Shown piece after piece: positions 50,685 through 64,000 of a stretch of 64,000 nt of DNA. The DNA is taken from NCBI GenBank assembly GCA_051294375.1, contig CM119270.1:8667213-8731212 (forward strand). The letters are read 5' to 3'. The notes under the pieces were generated by a model, which saw only the letters and a list, made by a program, of their open reading frames with translations, was not told the origin of the DNA and did not search any database. The first letter of the stretch is position 1, and each line of letters opens with the position of its first letter. The translations under genes and the position numbers were made by a program. This DNA is from Paraspadella gotoi. Its lineage: Eukaryota > Animalia > Chaetognatha.

Positions 50685-53600
50685 ATGCCGCCGCCGAAGC
50701 GACCAAAAACCGGCCGGACGAGGGCGGAAGACTTCCTGTCCCCGGAAGAATTGGAGACGTCCGGCGGCGGCGAGGGAAACAGGAAGAAGAGCGAAGATGG
50801 AAGCGATGACGACGCCGGACGAGCCTCTTCGTCCGCATCGTCGTCTTCGAGAGAAGACGCCGCCTCGGGGACGTCGCGGTCGCCGCCGATGCGTTCGCGA
50901 GAGGGCGACTTTGGCGGAGGATTCGAAGAGGCGGACCGCGCCTTTTCACCCAAGTCCGCCGCCAGCACGCTTCTCGCTCTCGGCCAGCAGCCTCCTGCCC
51001 CGCCGCCGCCTCCGCCGCCGCCGCTGCCTCAGACGCAAACCAAGGAAAAACTTCCGTCTCCGCCGCAACAGCAACCTTCAGATCAGGAATATTCTACATC
51101 ATCGGCTTCGACCTCATCATCATCATCCACGGCAGGGACGATCGCTTCTCCATCCTTCCCGAAAACGTTTTCAGGTCTACAGAAGAACTCAGGGCAACAA
51201 CAAAAACAACAACAACAACGACACCATCAACGAAATTCGCAGCAACATCATCACGAAGACCAACAACGACATTCGAACCAACCGACCTCCACGATTCCTC
51301 CGCGGCCAGAGACGTCCGACCCCGTCGTCGCTATGTTGGCCGCCTCCACCGCCCTCCCAGGTCCTCCGGCCGCGCGATCCTCCCGTCGCAAAAAAACGCC
51401 GCATCCTTCGTCCTCCATCGAGTTGCGGCAGCGCGTGCTGGGTCTCGACGCCCCCGCGCGGGAATCGTCATCCACCTCCTCATCATCATCATCCTCCTCC
51501 TCCTCTTCCTCCAATCGACAACTCCCTCTAGTCGACCGTGTTGACAGCGCTTCAGCTCAACGTTACCTCAGAACTTCTTCATCCTCGTCGGTGGAGCATC
51601 AGTTTCAGCAACATCTGCTGTTGCCGACGCCCAAGCGGGTCTACGTCGCCGAGTCTCAGGGGAATCGATCGTCGAGCACCTCCCCGATTCGGGTCGCTTC
51701 AGGAAGGTAGGGATGAAAATTTACAATTATGCGTACGTGTATGAAGTTAATAAATGTATATGAATAGTATTATTAACATGAAAACAACATAACTAAAAAG
51801 AAGAGAAAGTTTACAATCCGTAATGTTATGCGAACATATTTCGAAACGATAATATGAAAAAAATGAAATTTAAAATTTGTCAAAAATCCCGTCACGCTTT
51901 TGAATATTTAGAAATATAAAAAATAAATGTACATGTATCTTTTTAATATATGAAAATTTTAAAATTACTTGTTTCTATGTTTGTTATATATTATAGAATA
52001 TTAATTTAATTTAATCTAATTTAATTTAATTTATCCAGCGACGCCGTCTTCGTAAAACCGGAAACTAACTCTCGACAAAGCATCGGTCCGTCGTCGTCGT
52101 CATCGTCGTCGTCCTCGCGGGAGCCTCCCTCTTTCGTCGTCGTCACCGCCGATCCACCATCTCGTCAGCAGCGGCATCAATCGCCGCAGCCGCCGCATCC
52201 GCATCTCTCGCTGGCGCCGCAGCTTCCGGCGAACGTGCGATCTTTGGGACCGGATGTGGTTTCTGTGGACGTGTCGGGCAGATCGAGCGGGCTGGCTGCG
52301 GCAGCCGTAGCGGCGGCGGCTGCCGCGGCGGCGAACAAACAACCTGCTGTACGAAGCAGCGTTGTCACCAGTCAACTCATGAGAGGCGTGCATCTGTCCG
52401 GACGATCCGGTTAGTTTCAAGTTTTTACTCCTTTTTCTATTTTTTGATAGCTACTGTTTTTTTTTTTTTTTGTTTTTTTTTTGGTCAGGATAAGAATTAG
52501 AGTCGACTGAGTTGGATGAGGGCGTTCTAGTCACTTCTATTTTGTCTAGGAGGTCCTAGATGAACTCGTGAAAGACTGACAGACTGACAGTCCATCATCC
52601 TTTCACCGAAACTCTGTTTCGCAACTTTTATGATTTGAACATTCATTTCTGATATATAATGAGATCAATATTTGCTGAGGCTTTGATTTGTTGTATTCAA
52701 ATTTGATTCGTTAAGGGAAAAATATTAGGACGGAAAATGGTAAAACCTGTGAATATTAGTAATTGTTAAATGTTAAGTTCATGTTTATAAACAACATTTC
52801 GTAATACGTATATTTCGTATAATCATTTGATTTATTTATTTATTTCTCTCTTTTTTCACAGACCCTCACTCCATCACGCGTCACGCCACAGCCGAAGCTC
52901 TCGTCCGATGCGCGGTCGGCGAAAGGTCGGTGATGGCGGCCTCGGAATCGGTCGCAGAGGCGTCGTCAGCGGAAGAGCGCCTCAGTCTAGATAATCCTGA
53001 CGGAAAGACTATCTCCGAAGTCGAGACGTCGTCGACGGCGGCGTCCACAGCGTCGACGATGCTCTCGATCCGCGACGCCTCCGTCTACACCTTCATCCCC
53101 GGACAACAGCAACATCACCCGCGGCAATCCGCGGCGCAGCAACATCAGCGACTGACGTGTTTCTCCGGCGACAGATCGTCGCTAATGACGCGGTTTAATA
53201 GCGGCGTCCTCGGTGGAGGCGGCGCCGCTCACGAGATCTTAGCGGGTCAATCAACGACGGCGTCGCTCCTCAAACAATCCGTCGCCGCCACTAACACCTC
53301 CTCCTCCTCCTCCTGCACTCCTCGCTCCTCCGGCGTCCGTCAACTCATTCGGACCGCGATTACCTCAACGAAAACACGGGAGCGGCCGACGGCCTCCTCG
53401 GCGGCGCAGAGATGGAGAGGCGCCACCGGTCAGGAATCGAGCGGGTCGTCGTCGTCCTCGACGGTCGAACGTCTCCTAAAGATGGACCGCCTTCCGCCGC
53501 CCCCGGCGCCATCTTCCACACCGTCCGTCGGTAACGGGGACGACGACGACGACGCGCGACCCAAGCTGCCGCGTGACTCACCCTCTCCGCCGCCGACGCA

Positions 53601-56600
53601 CGCCTCGTCGCCAACATCGTCTTCATCCTCAAGACTACCTCCTTTCCCGAGAGACGCCGACTCTGACACCGACTTACCTCAGCTTAAAACCAACGAATTC
53701 GTTCACATAAGGTGAGGAAAGTGAAAGCGGGAATGGGTTGGGGTTCTCCTTTTCGAGCGTGAAAGTTACACAGGATTTGGGATGATCTTAAATTGATGAG
53801 ACTTCTTCTATTACTTCTTTACTTTTTATATTATCGGGCTTTTTGTAAATTAAAAATATTTAAAAACAAAAATGTACGTAAATAAATATCAAAATACTGA
53901 TGTCTACCGATGACAGTTAACAGGATATAGTTTAATTTTTTATAAAAATGTGTGTCATAAGCATGACCCTCATACAGATGGGCCGAGGGACATTCTCCTC
54001 TCACACTGTGGGCCACAGTGACCCGAAATATTAATTAATATCCTTGGATTTTATTTTTTTTTTTTAAATCACGAATTAATCAGAAGCTGGTACGCATCCT
54101 TATCTTTTGTTTATCAGGTACAAAAACTAGACGACGATTTCAATAAAAAGATGGTGATATAACAATACTAATACTAGAATGATTATAGTTCAAAGATAAT
54201 TCTATTGTTTAAGACTTAATATTTAATAATTAAATAATATGTTGTTATGTGAGGACATCTAATGGAGAAAACGTAAGGCACGTTCTTTTGTTTTAATTGC
54301 AAACCTGACGTTCAGTTGTTAACTCGTGCTGCCTCGGAGCGGTTTATTTAAATATTTTCTTTCAACAAATGCTCATCCAGAAACAAAATGCGAGCGCCAG
54401 ATTTAGTACCATTATAAATTCCAGATTTAATTTTGCTTGTACCCCCCAACCAAATATTATTATCATTATACTATGTATATTAACTTGTCAACTCAAATTT
54501 CACCTATTCGCGTCCTTTAGTTGTGCCATTGTATCGTACTCTTAGCTGAACTCCATGAATTAAATAAATATACATACTTTAATAATACTATAATAAAAAA
54601 AATAAACCAAAGCTTTATTTTGAATAATAATTATTGAAATAATCTCTAGACAGTGACAGCGCCAAGAAATCCGACGTCTCCCATTTACTTTTCCAGTTGC
54701 AGCCCCGGTCGAAAAAGACTGAAATAAAGAGACTGCGAGATGGCGCGCGCTGTTTAGCATGTCATATCTGATTATTCAAGAGAATTGTCGACTGCTACAG
54801 CCATCCAGAAGAATATTTTTTCTTTGGTCCGGTCCCCGTCGTCTCAGACTTAGTGAAGCAGTTGCTCATTTGTGGGGGGGGGGGTTTGTTGGTTGGTTAG
54901 CGGATTGGTTGGTTGGATATTGGATGGTTTTCTTTCTTTTTTCCTTATTTTTTTCCTTTTTCTCTCTCTCTCTTTTTCTTAGTTTTAATTTTTTTTTAAA
55001 TTTTTCTATTTTTGTTTCTCTTTTCTCTATATTTGACTTTTTGAACTAAGAGAAAATTTTTATTTATATACTAAATAGAAATATTATTTGAATAAAAGCG
55101 ACACAATTTAGTTAAGAATATTTAACAATATGAAACCGTAGCCTAATGATTTATGAGATATATACTATTATCCTACAAAGATCCTGACCTTAATTAAACT
55201 ACTTTTTAAAATGCTACTGCTGCCTACGATGCGTTGCTGCTGCTCTGCTGCTCGGCGTGTCTAACCCGGTCGCAGCGTGCTGGAGCAGCAGCGTCAGGGG
55301 AGGCAGTTGCTGCAAAAGATTTTTTGAGTGTCGAAAGCAGTACTTTTGAACTAGGACGATTCGAAGTTAATACGGACTTCGATCTAATTTTTTTAAAGGA
55401 GGTCATGAACTCGCGCCGTGTATAATTTAAAAAAAAAAAAGGTCTTAATGATGAATAATTTTTAATGCCTCCAATTACGAAATCGATGGAGGCTCTTCAA
55501 CTATGCTATGTTGTAATGCATCATGAAATATAACATTTCTAAATTCGCGATTATCGTAGTTACGTTTAAACCACAGACGTCACTAGTTCCTCGTTTTATT
55601 CTGTCGACTGCTCTTGTATGTGTGTATACACTTCTATGTGTGTGTCTGTGTGTGCGTTCGTGTGTGCGTGCGTGTGAGAGGCTGGCCTGAATAACCTTTT
55701 TTTTTAAATCATACTGTTTTCTACACCAGAGAAAAAAAGAAAAAAAACGTCTCTACGGCTCTTCGGGATTTTTTTTCCCTTTTTGCGAGTTGGGAAAAAA
55801 ACGAGCTCAACTTTGAGAAAAAACTTCGCTTTTTCTCGTTTTAATTTTCGAGTTTTATCAGTTTTAATTTCAAACCTCGTCCCAAAATTATTCCTTCATT
55901 AGATTTTATAATTTCGTTCCTCCGTGTTCTTTTTGTTATCGAGACTGGGTAATGAAGATGGCACCGGGTGGCGAGTATCGATATTTTTTTTAAAACTTAT
56001 TTATATACTAAGGTTTTTTCTCGCTATCATTAAAATACTTTAATTACTATAACACCATAATTTCCCCCCCCCCCGAAATCTATAAACGATACCGTTGGCG
56101 ATCCAAAATTATTATTCAATTTGAGTCGCGGACCAACAGAATGAAATTTCTGTCTCGCATACCATCGACGCATCATCTCTACTCCCTCAATGAACACTTT
56201 CGACTACAACAACAACAACAACAACAAAGGCCACTGACCAAAACCAAAATCGGTTTCGCTTCCATCGAAAATAATCTTTGTCTGGACAAATTTAATTGGA
56301 ATCGGCATTTATCAAATTTATAACTTCGAACTCTCGCCAGTTAAAAGCTAAAAACAACAACAATAGCTACAATATGAAAATGGTTTCGATAGTCATATCC
56401 AATGAGAAAACGTTTTTGTCACTCTCTTTTGCTAATTGGTTAATGATTAAAACAATTTAATGAATAGATAAATAACTCGACACTCGGAAATGAAAACTAA
56501 AGTTTAAGTGGCAGCTGTTGTGGAAAGACCTCATTTATTTTTTTTCTCCAAAGCGACTGACTTATTGTCCTAATGTTTTTTTAGACGACTTTAGTATTGA

Positions 56601-58460
56601 GATACACAGATTTACGGGTTGACTTCGACGAAAAGACGACGGGGACATAGATGGAATTTGTTAATGAATTGGGTATATCAGAATTATATAAGTATATAAG
56701 TAATTTGCAAATTCTCATAAGTATATTAATGATATATATTGAAGTATATATTGAGTATAGTACTGTGGCGGTATATTCACACCGCCTCACGTCCACCATC
56801 CTACAGCCAAATCATATTTTGTTCATAAATCCATAGTATGTATAAAATTATATCTGAATTTTACGCGCTTTACAGAAATAAATTAAACCATCGTTTCTCC
56901 AAATAAAAAATTGACATTCGTCATGGGTTAGCTTGTGTTTACATTTCTTTAAAAGATTAAGTCAAACAAGAGACAAAACCGACCCGTCGCGATTCTTCAC
57001 TGCCTTTCTTCGCATTTTTTACGCCTCATTTGTAATCGTTCTCCGTCGAAAACATTAAAGAAATTAGTTTAATTTTGAAGAAAATCAACGAAACTCCAAA
57101 GAGGTGAGTGAACCGAATGTTTTATGATTTCGTCAAAATAAGAAGTTCATAATTGATTTAGTAATATCTAGTTTTACTATGAAACAAAGAATGTTGCTCG
57201 CTTAGTTCTCGTTTTCTTTTGAAGCAGCGACAATATTAAATGCAATAACTAATAATAACATCAACGACGACAACAACAACAACTTAATCTTTTTTTCATG
57301 ATTTATTTTCGGGATGAGAAATACTGTGCTACTTCAACATTTTTTCCCCATATTTTTCGGCATAAATTTCTATGCCATTCTATGTCATTAATTTTTAAAA
57401 GAATTTAAGTATTAATTTTATTATTATTAGTTTTTATTTTTTTTTTTATGTTCCGTTCAATAGTCTGGCTAGGATATAAATGCGGCCCATTGCTTCGTAA
57501 AGTATAGACCGCAGTATTTTTTTTAGACCTAGGAAGAATACATATGCGTAAAAAAGTGTAAGTATTGTCCAAGTCACGCTCACCGTTTCTTTATTACCTG
57601 AACCTAGTAATAGGAGTTACAAATTGAAGTTCTATGATTGTTTGCCAGTTAAATATTAATAAGACCATAAGATTAAGCACATGTAAATATTGTAGATATA
57701 ACTTATAAGAGATGGTTATCCCTGAATATCCCCGACTTGTCGCGCCTTCTTCAAGTACAGAACAGTCCGCTCAAGTTGTAGGGAGTTACAAGCAGCTCGA
57801 ATCGATATGACGCACGATGAAACTCTATGGTGGAAGGCACACAGGTTGAAATTAAACAGAGAACTACATCTTTGCGCCATGATAAACCCCAAATAAGGTT
57901 CTTGACTATTTTCTATTTCTTTTATTGTGACTAAAACAATTTAAAGCCTTGAGATGAGTATCATTACATACAATCCTGGATATATCTCAATTTTCTTAGA
58001 GACCATCTTTATAATTTAGAAAGACGTAAAATGAATGAAAATATACATAGCTTTCAACCGTCATTCGTTCAATTGGTTTATTTCAGGCTCAACAAATCAC
58101 TCCTACTTTCCTGCTTCGAATTAACGCGGTAAAGAGAAAGAGAAATATTTTTTTCCGACTCAATTGTCGACCATTCGTCTGGTTTACTTAGACATTCACT
58201 CGTAAGGTTGGACCGCAATTTGTTTTGACGAGTGATTTTTATTTTTCCTCCCCCCCTGTTTCTCTTTTGCAAATGATCTTTTTCCTTTCCATACTTTCAT
58301 GTTATATCTCTGGGATAATGACCCAGACATGCAAATAGGGAACTAAAACAGATAAACGGGCAATCTCGATCACTTCCAAACTTCCACTCTTACGTCTTCT
58401 AAATTTTAAAACAACGCAGTCTACAGTATCATGAATCTCTTCTTTTTTGAATAATCGTGA

Positions 58461-58528
<68 letters not shown>

Positions 58529-58618
58529 GGCTCCCGCCTAGACCGGACGAAGAGAGCCAATCAACAAAAAACTCTCTAAGAGAGGGAGGGAGAACGGAGC
58601 TTTTTCTCAGCATTAAGG

Positions 58619-58660
<42 letters not shown>

Positions 58661-61600
58661 TGGTTATAAACTCTGTCTGGCTGAAGGCAAGCTGAAGTCG
58701 GGGGTTGAAAGGTTTCAGACACTAAGGCATGGAAAACATTTTATAAAAAAAAATTCTAAAGGGCTGATTTCGTTGTTGCTGAAGGAGCGAAAGAGCGAGC
58801 AAAGATTTAACGCTCATCTTCAAGTGGCAAATATACATGAAATTGGAGAGAATTGCTTTTATTGTTTAATAAAACATTCTTTTACATTATGGACTCTTTG
58901 TTAATCTATTATGATTATATTAGATGAAGAATTTTTATATAAAATCATACGGAGGCCCTTGTTCACACGTTTCAGCGCTGAATTTTTTTTCAAACTACTC
59001 AGCGCTGCTCGGTTCTTAATGAGCACATTCCAGCACTGAATGCATGAGAAACGATGCATTCTTGCATAGCCATATGCCAACTGCAATCTTTGAATTTAAA
59101 AGCGGCGAACACTATATTCGCTGGTTTTAATTTAGCAAATAGAATACGATAAAAACGTATCATAATCATCGAAACCTGTACAGCGCTGATTTCATATATA
59201 TTATAACCAACTGGAGACTTAAGCGTCTACAGTTTTTTGGTCATCTTCTATTTTGTGAAAATTCTTAATCACGTTTAAAAAAGCTTGGAACTATTTTATT
59301 TACAACCTTTAAAAATCAGTGAAAAAGTCTACTGTGATTAAATAAAAACCTTGGATTTTGACATCTACCAATGCCTTCGCCTTGCTAACTCTGTCGCCAA
59401 TCTTCTACGTAAATAAATGATTTAATAAAATACATTGAGTCAAAAAACATCCAACTTTTTACCGCGACTCATTCTATCTTATTTCATCTTAATTGGACTT
59501 GGATTTTTTTTCTCAAATGGCATCATCACTTGGATTAATCACAAATCATCCACATGTATATATTTTTACATCATTTGAGCCTTCTAAAGATATGAAAAGA
59601 CTCCTCTAAAAGTTTCAAATGCGATACTGATACAAAACTCATTTATAAACAACATCAGATTCAACTTGATGTTCTGTTTGTCCGATATTGAGTTTGCACC
59701 ACAAGTTTGATATCCGGTTTCACCTGGTTCCTTCTGTCTCATTCTGTCTTGATTATGACAACTGCAGACAAGCGCATATATTCAGAATTTATGTTCTTTA
59801 AAATTCAATCGTGACTCGATCCTCGTCGATCGACATGAGTGAAAAAAGTCCAGGGAGCGACGGCGCGGCCGTCGGCTCCGGAATTGGCCACCATGGCGTC
59901 GTTCCTGCGAGGGGCGCCGCCAGGGGCCGTCCCAGATCTCAGTGCGCCAACCGCGAATCTTCTCGCACTCGATCTTGCTCTCAAACTCGCGGCGACGCCA
60001 CGACCCGACGTCACAGCGTGGATCCCACGCCGTCGGCCTCTTTCCTTCTCCCACCCGGTCCCCTATCTCAAACGGTGACCCGCCCCTTTTCCAGTTCCAA
60101 CTGTGATAACGGTTCCACTTTTCACGCGGCGCCGTCTCTTTCTTCTCAGTCAAGAGAATATCACGATCACCGCTGCTTGGAAAATTATCATTTTAACCAT
60201 CCGCATTTTTATGAGCAAATCCCCGAAGAGCATTTTCACCATTATCATTCTCTTCAACCGCCCGAACATTCACGCATCCCAGTCGAGGATGTTAATCAAG
60301 AGACCCAGCAGGATTCTCACAATTATAATCTCTCCCATCTTCTCAATCAGAGCCAAGAAACCCCTTATCAACACCACCAACCTAAAAACCCCAATGAACT
60401 TCGAGAAATCGTCGAATTCGACCATCAATCCTCGGACATTTCCGTATTCTCATTAGGTCCGCCCCAACATAACGAGGGCCCTCACGAACATGTCTCACTG
60501 CTTGGCAACATTGTAGACGATGAACCATCTTTCGACTTTCAAACTTTGTACACGGACTTGGGATCATTCGGATCACATCATTCTACAGCAGGGAATATCT
60601 CCTCTCCTTCAATTCAAACCCCTTCTTCCGACTTCAACGCATACAGCTTGTCACAGAACATCAATTCGACGCGTCCCTCTGCCATCGCTACGTCCTCCGG
60701 CCATCTTTCTTTCTCTGGGTCCTCCTGTTCCTTCTATTCCTCTACCGCACCACGCTCTACTTCCTTTTTGGCCCCGATGAGCTCCTCCAGTGCCGCATCT
60801 TGCAACACTTTCAACACATCGTCTTCGTTCTGTCCAACATCTAATTTGTGTTCCGTCAAGCCTTCGTCGTCCCTCGACCATGCCGCGGGAACGTCGCACG
60901 TTCCTCCCAACAATCTCACCTGTCTCGAGAGTTCCATTGTCTCGGATCCCGCGACCAACGCTCTCGGTTTCCAAACCTCCGACGGCCAATCCTCCAAAGT
61001 CTCCCGAAGCTTTTCCACGAATCCTCCGGGGATTTTCGCGGAGCCGTCGTCGAGCATTCAACCGCTCACGATCGGCGAACCTTTCTCCCGTCACTCTGAA
61101 GCTTGTATAGTCGAATCGCCGTCCCAATCACCGATCTCTTCGTCGATTCGGCACGCGAGAGAAGCTTGGACCACGGCCGCGTCCCGCAACGCAATCGCGA
61201 TGGCCGATATCGACTCTGGCGCCCTCTCGTCGAGAGGCGCCTCGGTGCGGAACGCGAGAAAATCGACGGGCGCCGAATTTATGGACGTCGGCTGTTGGAC
61301 CGGCGGCGAGGAGATGAATAAACCAATGAGCGAGGGACGGAGAAATCGACGGGCGTCGTCGTCGATGTCAAGATTTCCGGGGGAAATTGATCCTTTAAAT
61401 CATCTGCGTCATCGTCGTCGTCACTTAAGTCGAACTCAAAGGGGGTGAGAGAAAAAGGGCCGATTTTACGAGTCGGGGTCGTTACTACCAGAGTAAATCG
61501 CTAAACTAATCGAAAATGTTTTTCCTGCTTAAATTTCGTTATGTTGTTCCTCTAGTGTTTTTTCCTGTTTCTTATTTTTGATATATTTTTTTATTTCTCT

Positions 61601-64000
61601 TTTTTTTTTGATGGGGACTTGGGGAGTTAATATAAAGGTAATTTTGGTTTTCTTTTTTTTCCTATTTTTTTTTCCTTTCTTTCCCTCAATACGTAATCTT
61701 TGAAACCTCGCGCAACGAAAGCCTCGTTAAAGCTTACGCCTTTTTGAAGTAAATCCTTGTGCTATTTGGATTAGTGGGAAACTGTAAAAATCAATAGAAA
61801 TGTAAATGTTTTCGGGAGCTGACTGACATGTGAATGGAAAGCACCAATATCGAAAATCGTAAGGTAGTCATTTTCATGAAAAAAATCGATTGTGTCTACT
61901 GTCATAGATTTGTGTATTATTAATACTTATCCTAATTTTGATAATGAAACGTATTATATAATTTTATATATTACCAAAATCACCCTTATGAATGAATTAT
62001 GAGTAGGTCTGACGATAATTTACCTTATTACCTACTCTTTGCTCCTTCTGAAAGGTTTTAATAGGTTTAATTTATACTTCCAATTTACAAAGTTTAAACG
62101 CTTTTGCTTTTTCTCATTCTTAGGCTCAATGACCCGATCGTGAAGCAAGAACGCGAAGCTCCGAAAGAAACAGCAGGAGATCCAGATGAGGCTCCAAATC
62201 CTTCACTTCCGCCCGACAGAAGGAAAGGCGCTCATCTCGTTACCAAGGCAACAGGTTGGTTGAGGGACGGGTTGTATATCATGACACAAAGTTCCTTAAG
62301 CCTTAAGCCTTAAGCCTTAAGCAAGATAAGGAATATAAAAGATCTAACATTCTACTATATAGTATATTATGAGGTTTAAGTTCATAATCTAATTAAATTA
62401 ACCACAAGTTAATTTAAACTACGTATTTAATACCACTGCCAAAATTTCGAAGCATACTTTTTTTAATAAAAAAAAGTTATGTTGCGATTTTTTTTTGAAA
62501 ATAATATGAAATGATTACTATTGTAATCATACCAAATTGTTGCTATTTTTTGAAGTATGAGTTTTTTATTTTGTTTTACGGTAATTCTTTCTATTTATTG
62601 AAGTAACTCGTAATGTATTATATTTTAAATTTTTTTCTCGCTCCGCTCTCCTTCCCTTTAAGACACGTTGCCCCCGACTATGTCGTCGTCGTCGTCGTCG
62701 CCTCCAGCGTCGTCGACAACGACGACGAGTCAGATGCTCCTCCAGCAACAGCCCCATCACCTCTCCGTCGTCTCCGCTCGTCAGACTCTGCTTCAAGAAG
62801 CGGCGTCGTCGAGCGGCGGAGGCAACGGCGCCTCCCTGGCCTCGGTGGCTGCGGCCGCCGCCGCTCACCTGAACGCCGCCGTCGCGCAACAGCAGCAACA
62901 GCAGCAGCTTTCGTCGTCGCTGCAGGAACAACAATTACTTCTGGCGGCGGCGGCGGCGGCCGGGAGCGGCGCGGCTACTCCGCCGCCGACGTCCACGTTG
63001 CTTTCCTCATCGTCGTCGTCGACTCCGTCGCCATCCTCTTCTCATCTCATCCTACAGGGTAGCATCACGCAACAGCAGCTCCAGCATCCCCAGCTTCATC
63101 CTCATCATTCACAGCATCACCAGCAACAGCAAATACTCGTAGGACAATTGAACGCGGGTTCGCCGTCTTACGCGGCAGCGGCGGCAGCTGCGGCAGCGGC
63201 CGGTCTGGGTTTGCCACAGGTGGTGGTCAAGCAGCAGGCGCCGTCGCCCGGGGTTTCGTCGCAATCGTCGTCGACGCATCAATTGCAACAGCAACATCAC
63301 CGAGTCGTTTCCTCGCCCAAGTCTCTCGTCGTCGTCGACAACAACAATCATCATCTGAGGTTGTTTATTTTTAGATTGTTTCTTTAAATGAGTAATAAAA
63401 TACTATTTACAAGACAAAAGAAAGAGAGAGAAAATAAAAGGAACAAAAAATAAAGAAGTAAAATAAAGACAATAAAGAAAGAAAGAAAGAAAGAAAGAAA
63501 AAAAGAAAAAAAGAACGAATAACCGATTAGCCAGCCAAGAGACAAAGAAAGAAACAAAAATAATACCATATTATGGCAACAGCCGGGTTGCCTGTGATGC
63601 TCATTGGGATGGGGCATCTCACTGTTGGCTTTGAGGGCTTCCGACCCTCAGTGACGCCTCCAGTCACTGGCGCGGTTACCCTAGGACGGTCTCGCTTTGC
63701 CAACGCAGAGGGAAGTCATTAGGACTGTGGATGGAACACTACGCCTGGGATGGTGTGTTCCCCCTCTGAGCCAATGGATTTGGCTGAACGATGGTGGACG
63801 TGAGGCGGTGTGAATATACCGCCACAATATCATACATAGGATGTGATGATCTCTAATTTTTCTTTCCCTCTCCACTTTCCACAGAGTCTCCAGTCCCCAC
63901 GCGCTCGTTCCATCCTCCCAGCTATACGCTTCTCCGCACGGCGCCGGAACCTCGGCTTCGGCGTCCCAGTCTTCGTCGCAGCCTTCGCCAGACACGAGTT
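50685..64000 (+). CDS. large S/P/Q/A-rich low-complexity protein (probable nuclear regulator), runs off the window; exons 50685-51706, 52039-52409, 52862-53711, 62124-62254, 62663-63359, 63885->64000
   Basis: All six exons have GT-AG junctions with matching phases (2,1,2,1,2) and no stops. N-terminal PPPKRPK is NLS-like, VKQE is a SUMO-like motif, and there are polyQ/polyA tracts. No folded domain is visible within the window. Confidence 0.8.
56764..56813 (+). mobile_element. terminal fragment of solo-LTR family 2
   Basis: TGTGGCGGTATATTCACACCGCCTCACGTCCACCATC..CAGCCAAATC is the reverse complement of ~63777-63826. Confidence 0.85.
59835..61444 (+). CDS. alternative first coding exon (~536 codons) of the same gene
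   Basis: 1.6-kb open frame from ATG 59835, with an in-frame TAA upstream. It ends GG|GTGAGA in phase 2, matching the phase-2 acceptor at 62124. Confidence 0.65.
62293..62322. repeat. (CCTTAAG)4 heptamer repeat
   Basis: Directly visible in an intron. Confidence 0.85.
63572..63826 (-). mobile_element. solo-LTR-like element family 2 (255 bp) with twister fold, intronic
   Basis: Terminal inverted ends TATGGC / GCCACA (5/6 match); 4-bp TSD ATAT at 63568-63571 and 63827-63830; GC-rich and hairpin-rich within an AT-rich intron. Confidence 0.78.
63624..63704 (-). ncRNA. twister ribozyme, P5-type circular permutation
   Basis: Minus strand reads GTTGGC AAA GCGA GA-CCG TCCTAGGG T^AA CCGC GC CAGTGAC-TGGAGGC-GTCACTG AGGG TCGGAAGC CCTC AAA GCCAAC. 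P5, P2, P3, P4, T1 (CGG:CCG) and T2 (GC:GC) all form. Predicted cut between 63678 and 63677. Confidence 0.8.

Noticed and set aside
54004-54020. CACTGTG-GGC-CACAGTG resembles a V(D)J RSS signal joint or a Transib end
   Set aside because: No nonamer at 12/23 spacing on either side and no partner TIR found; a short palindrome can arise by chance.
62293-62322. Interstitial telomeric repeat
   Set aside because: Only four 7-mer units, which do not match TTAGGG, TTAGG or TTAGGC.

Overview
AT-rich, microsatellite-laden animal (probably invertebrate) draft genomic DNA with small N-gaps and indel-rich stretches that look like long-read gap fill. Spliced protein-coding genes recognisable by eye: (1) a DEG/ENaC channel (-), (2) a probable Cys-loop ligand-gated channel 3' half (-), (3) two tandem paralogues of a secreted, probably GPI-anchored protein built from a duplicated 8-Cys module (+), (4) exon 1 of a TRIM9/67-type RING-B-box E3 ligase (-), (5) a coiled-coil plus C-terminal RING gene (-), and (6) a long low-complexity nuclear-type gene (+) with two alternative 5' architectures. 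A ~9.5 kb segment appears twice around a 25-N gap, probably an assembly artefact. It contains a ~3 kb foldback DNA transposon with ~830 bp TIRs. The main finding is two unrelated ~255-282 bp solo-LTR-like insertions (TG..CA-type ends, 4-bp TSDs). Each carries a circularly permuted (P5-type) twister-ribozyme fold, and the pseudoknot bases covary between them. One also has an internal tRNA-derived Pol III promoter. Together they suggest a twister-based 'LTR retrozyme'/TRIM system. All calls were made by manual reading; no searches or folding programs were run.
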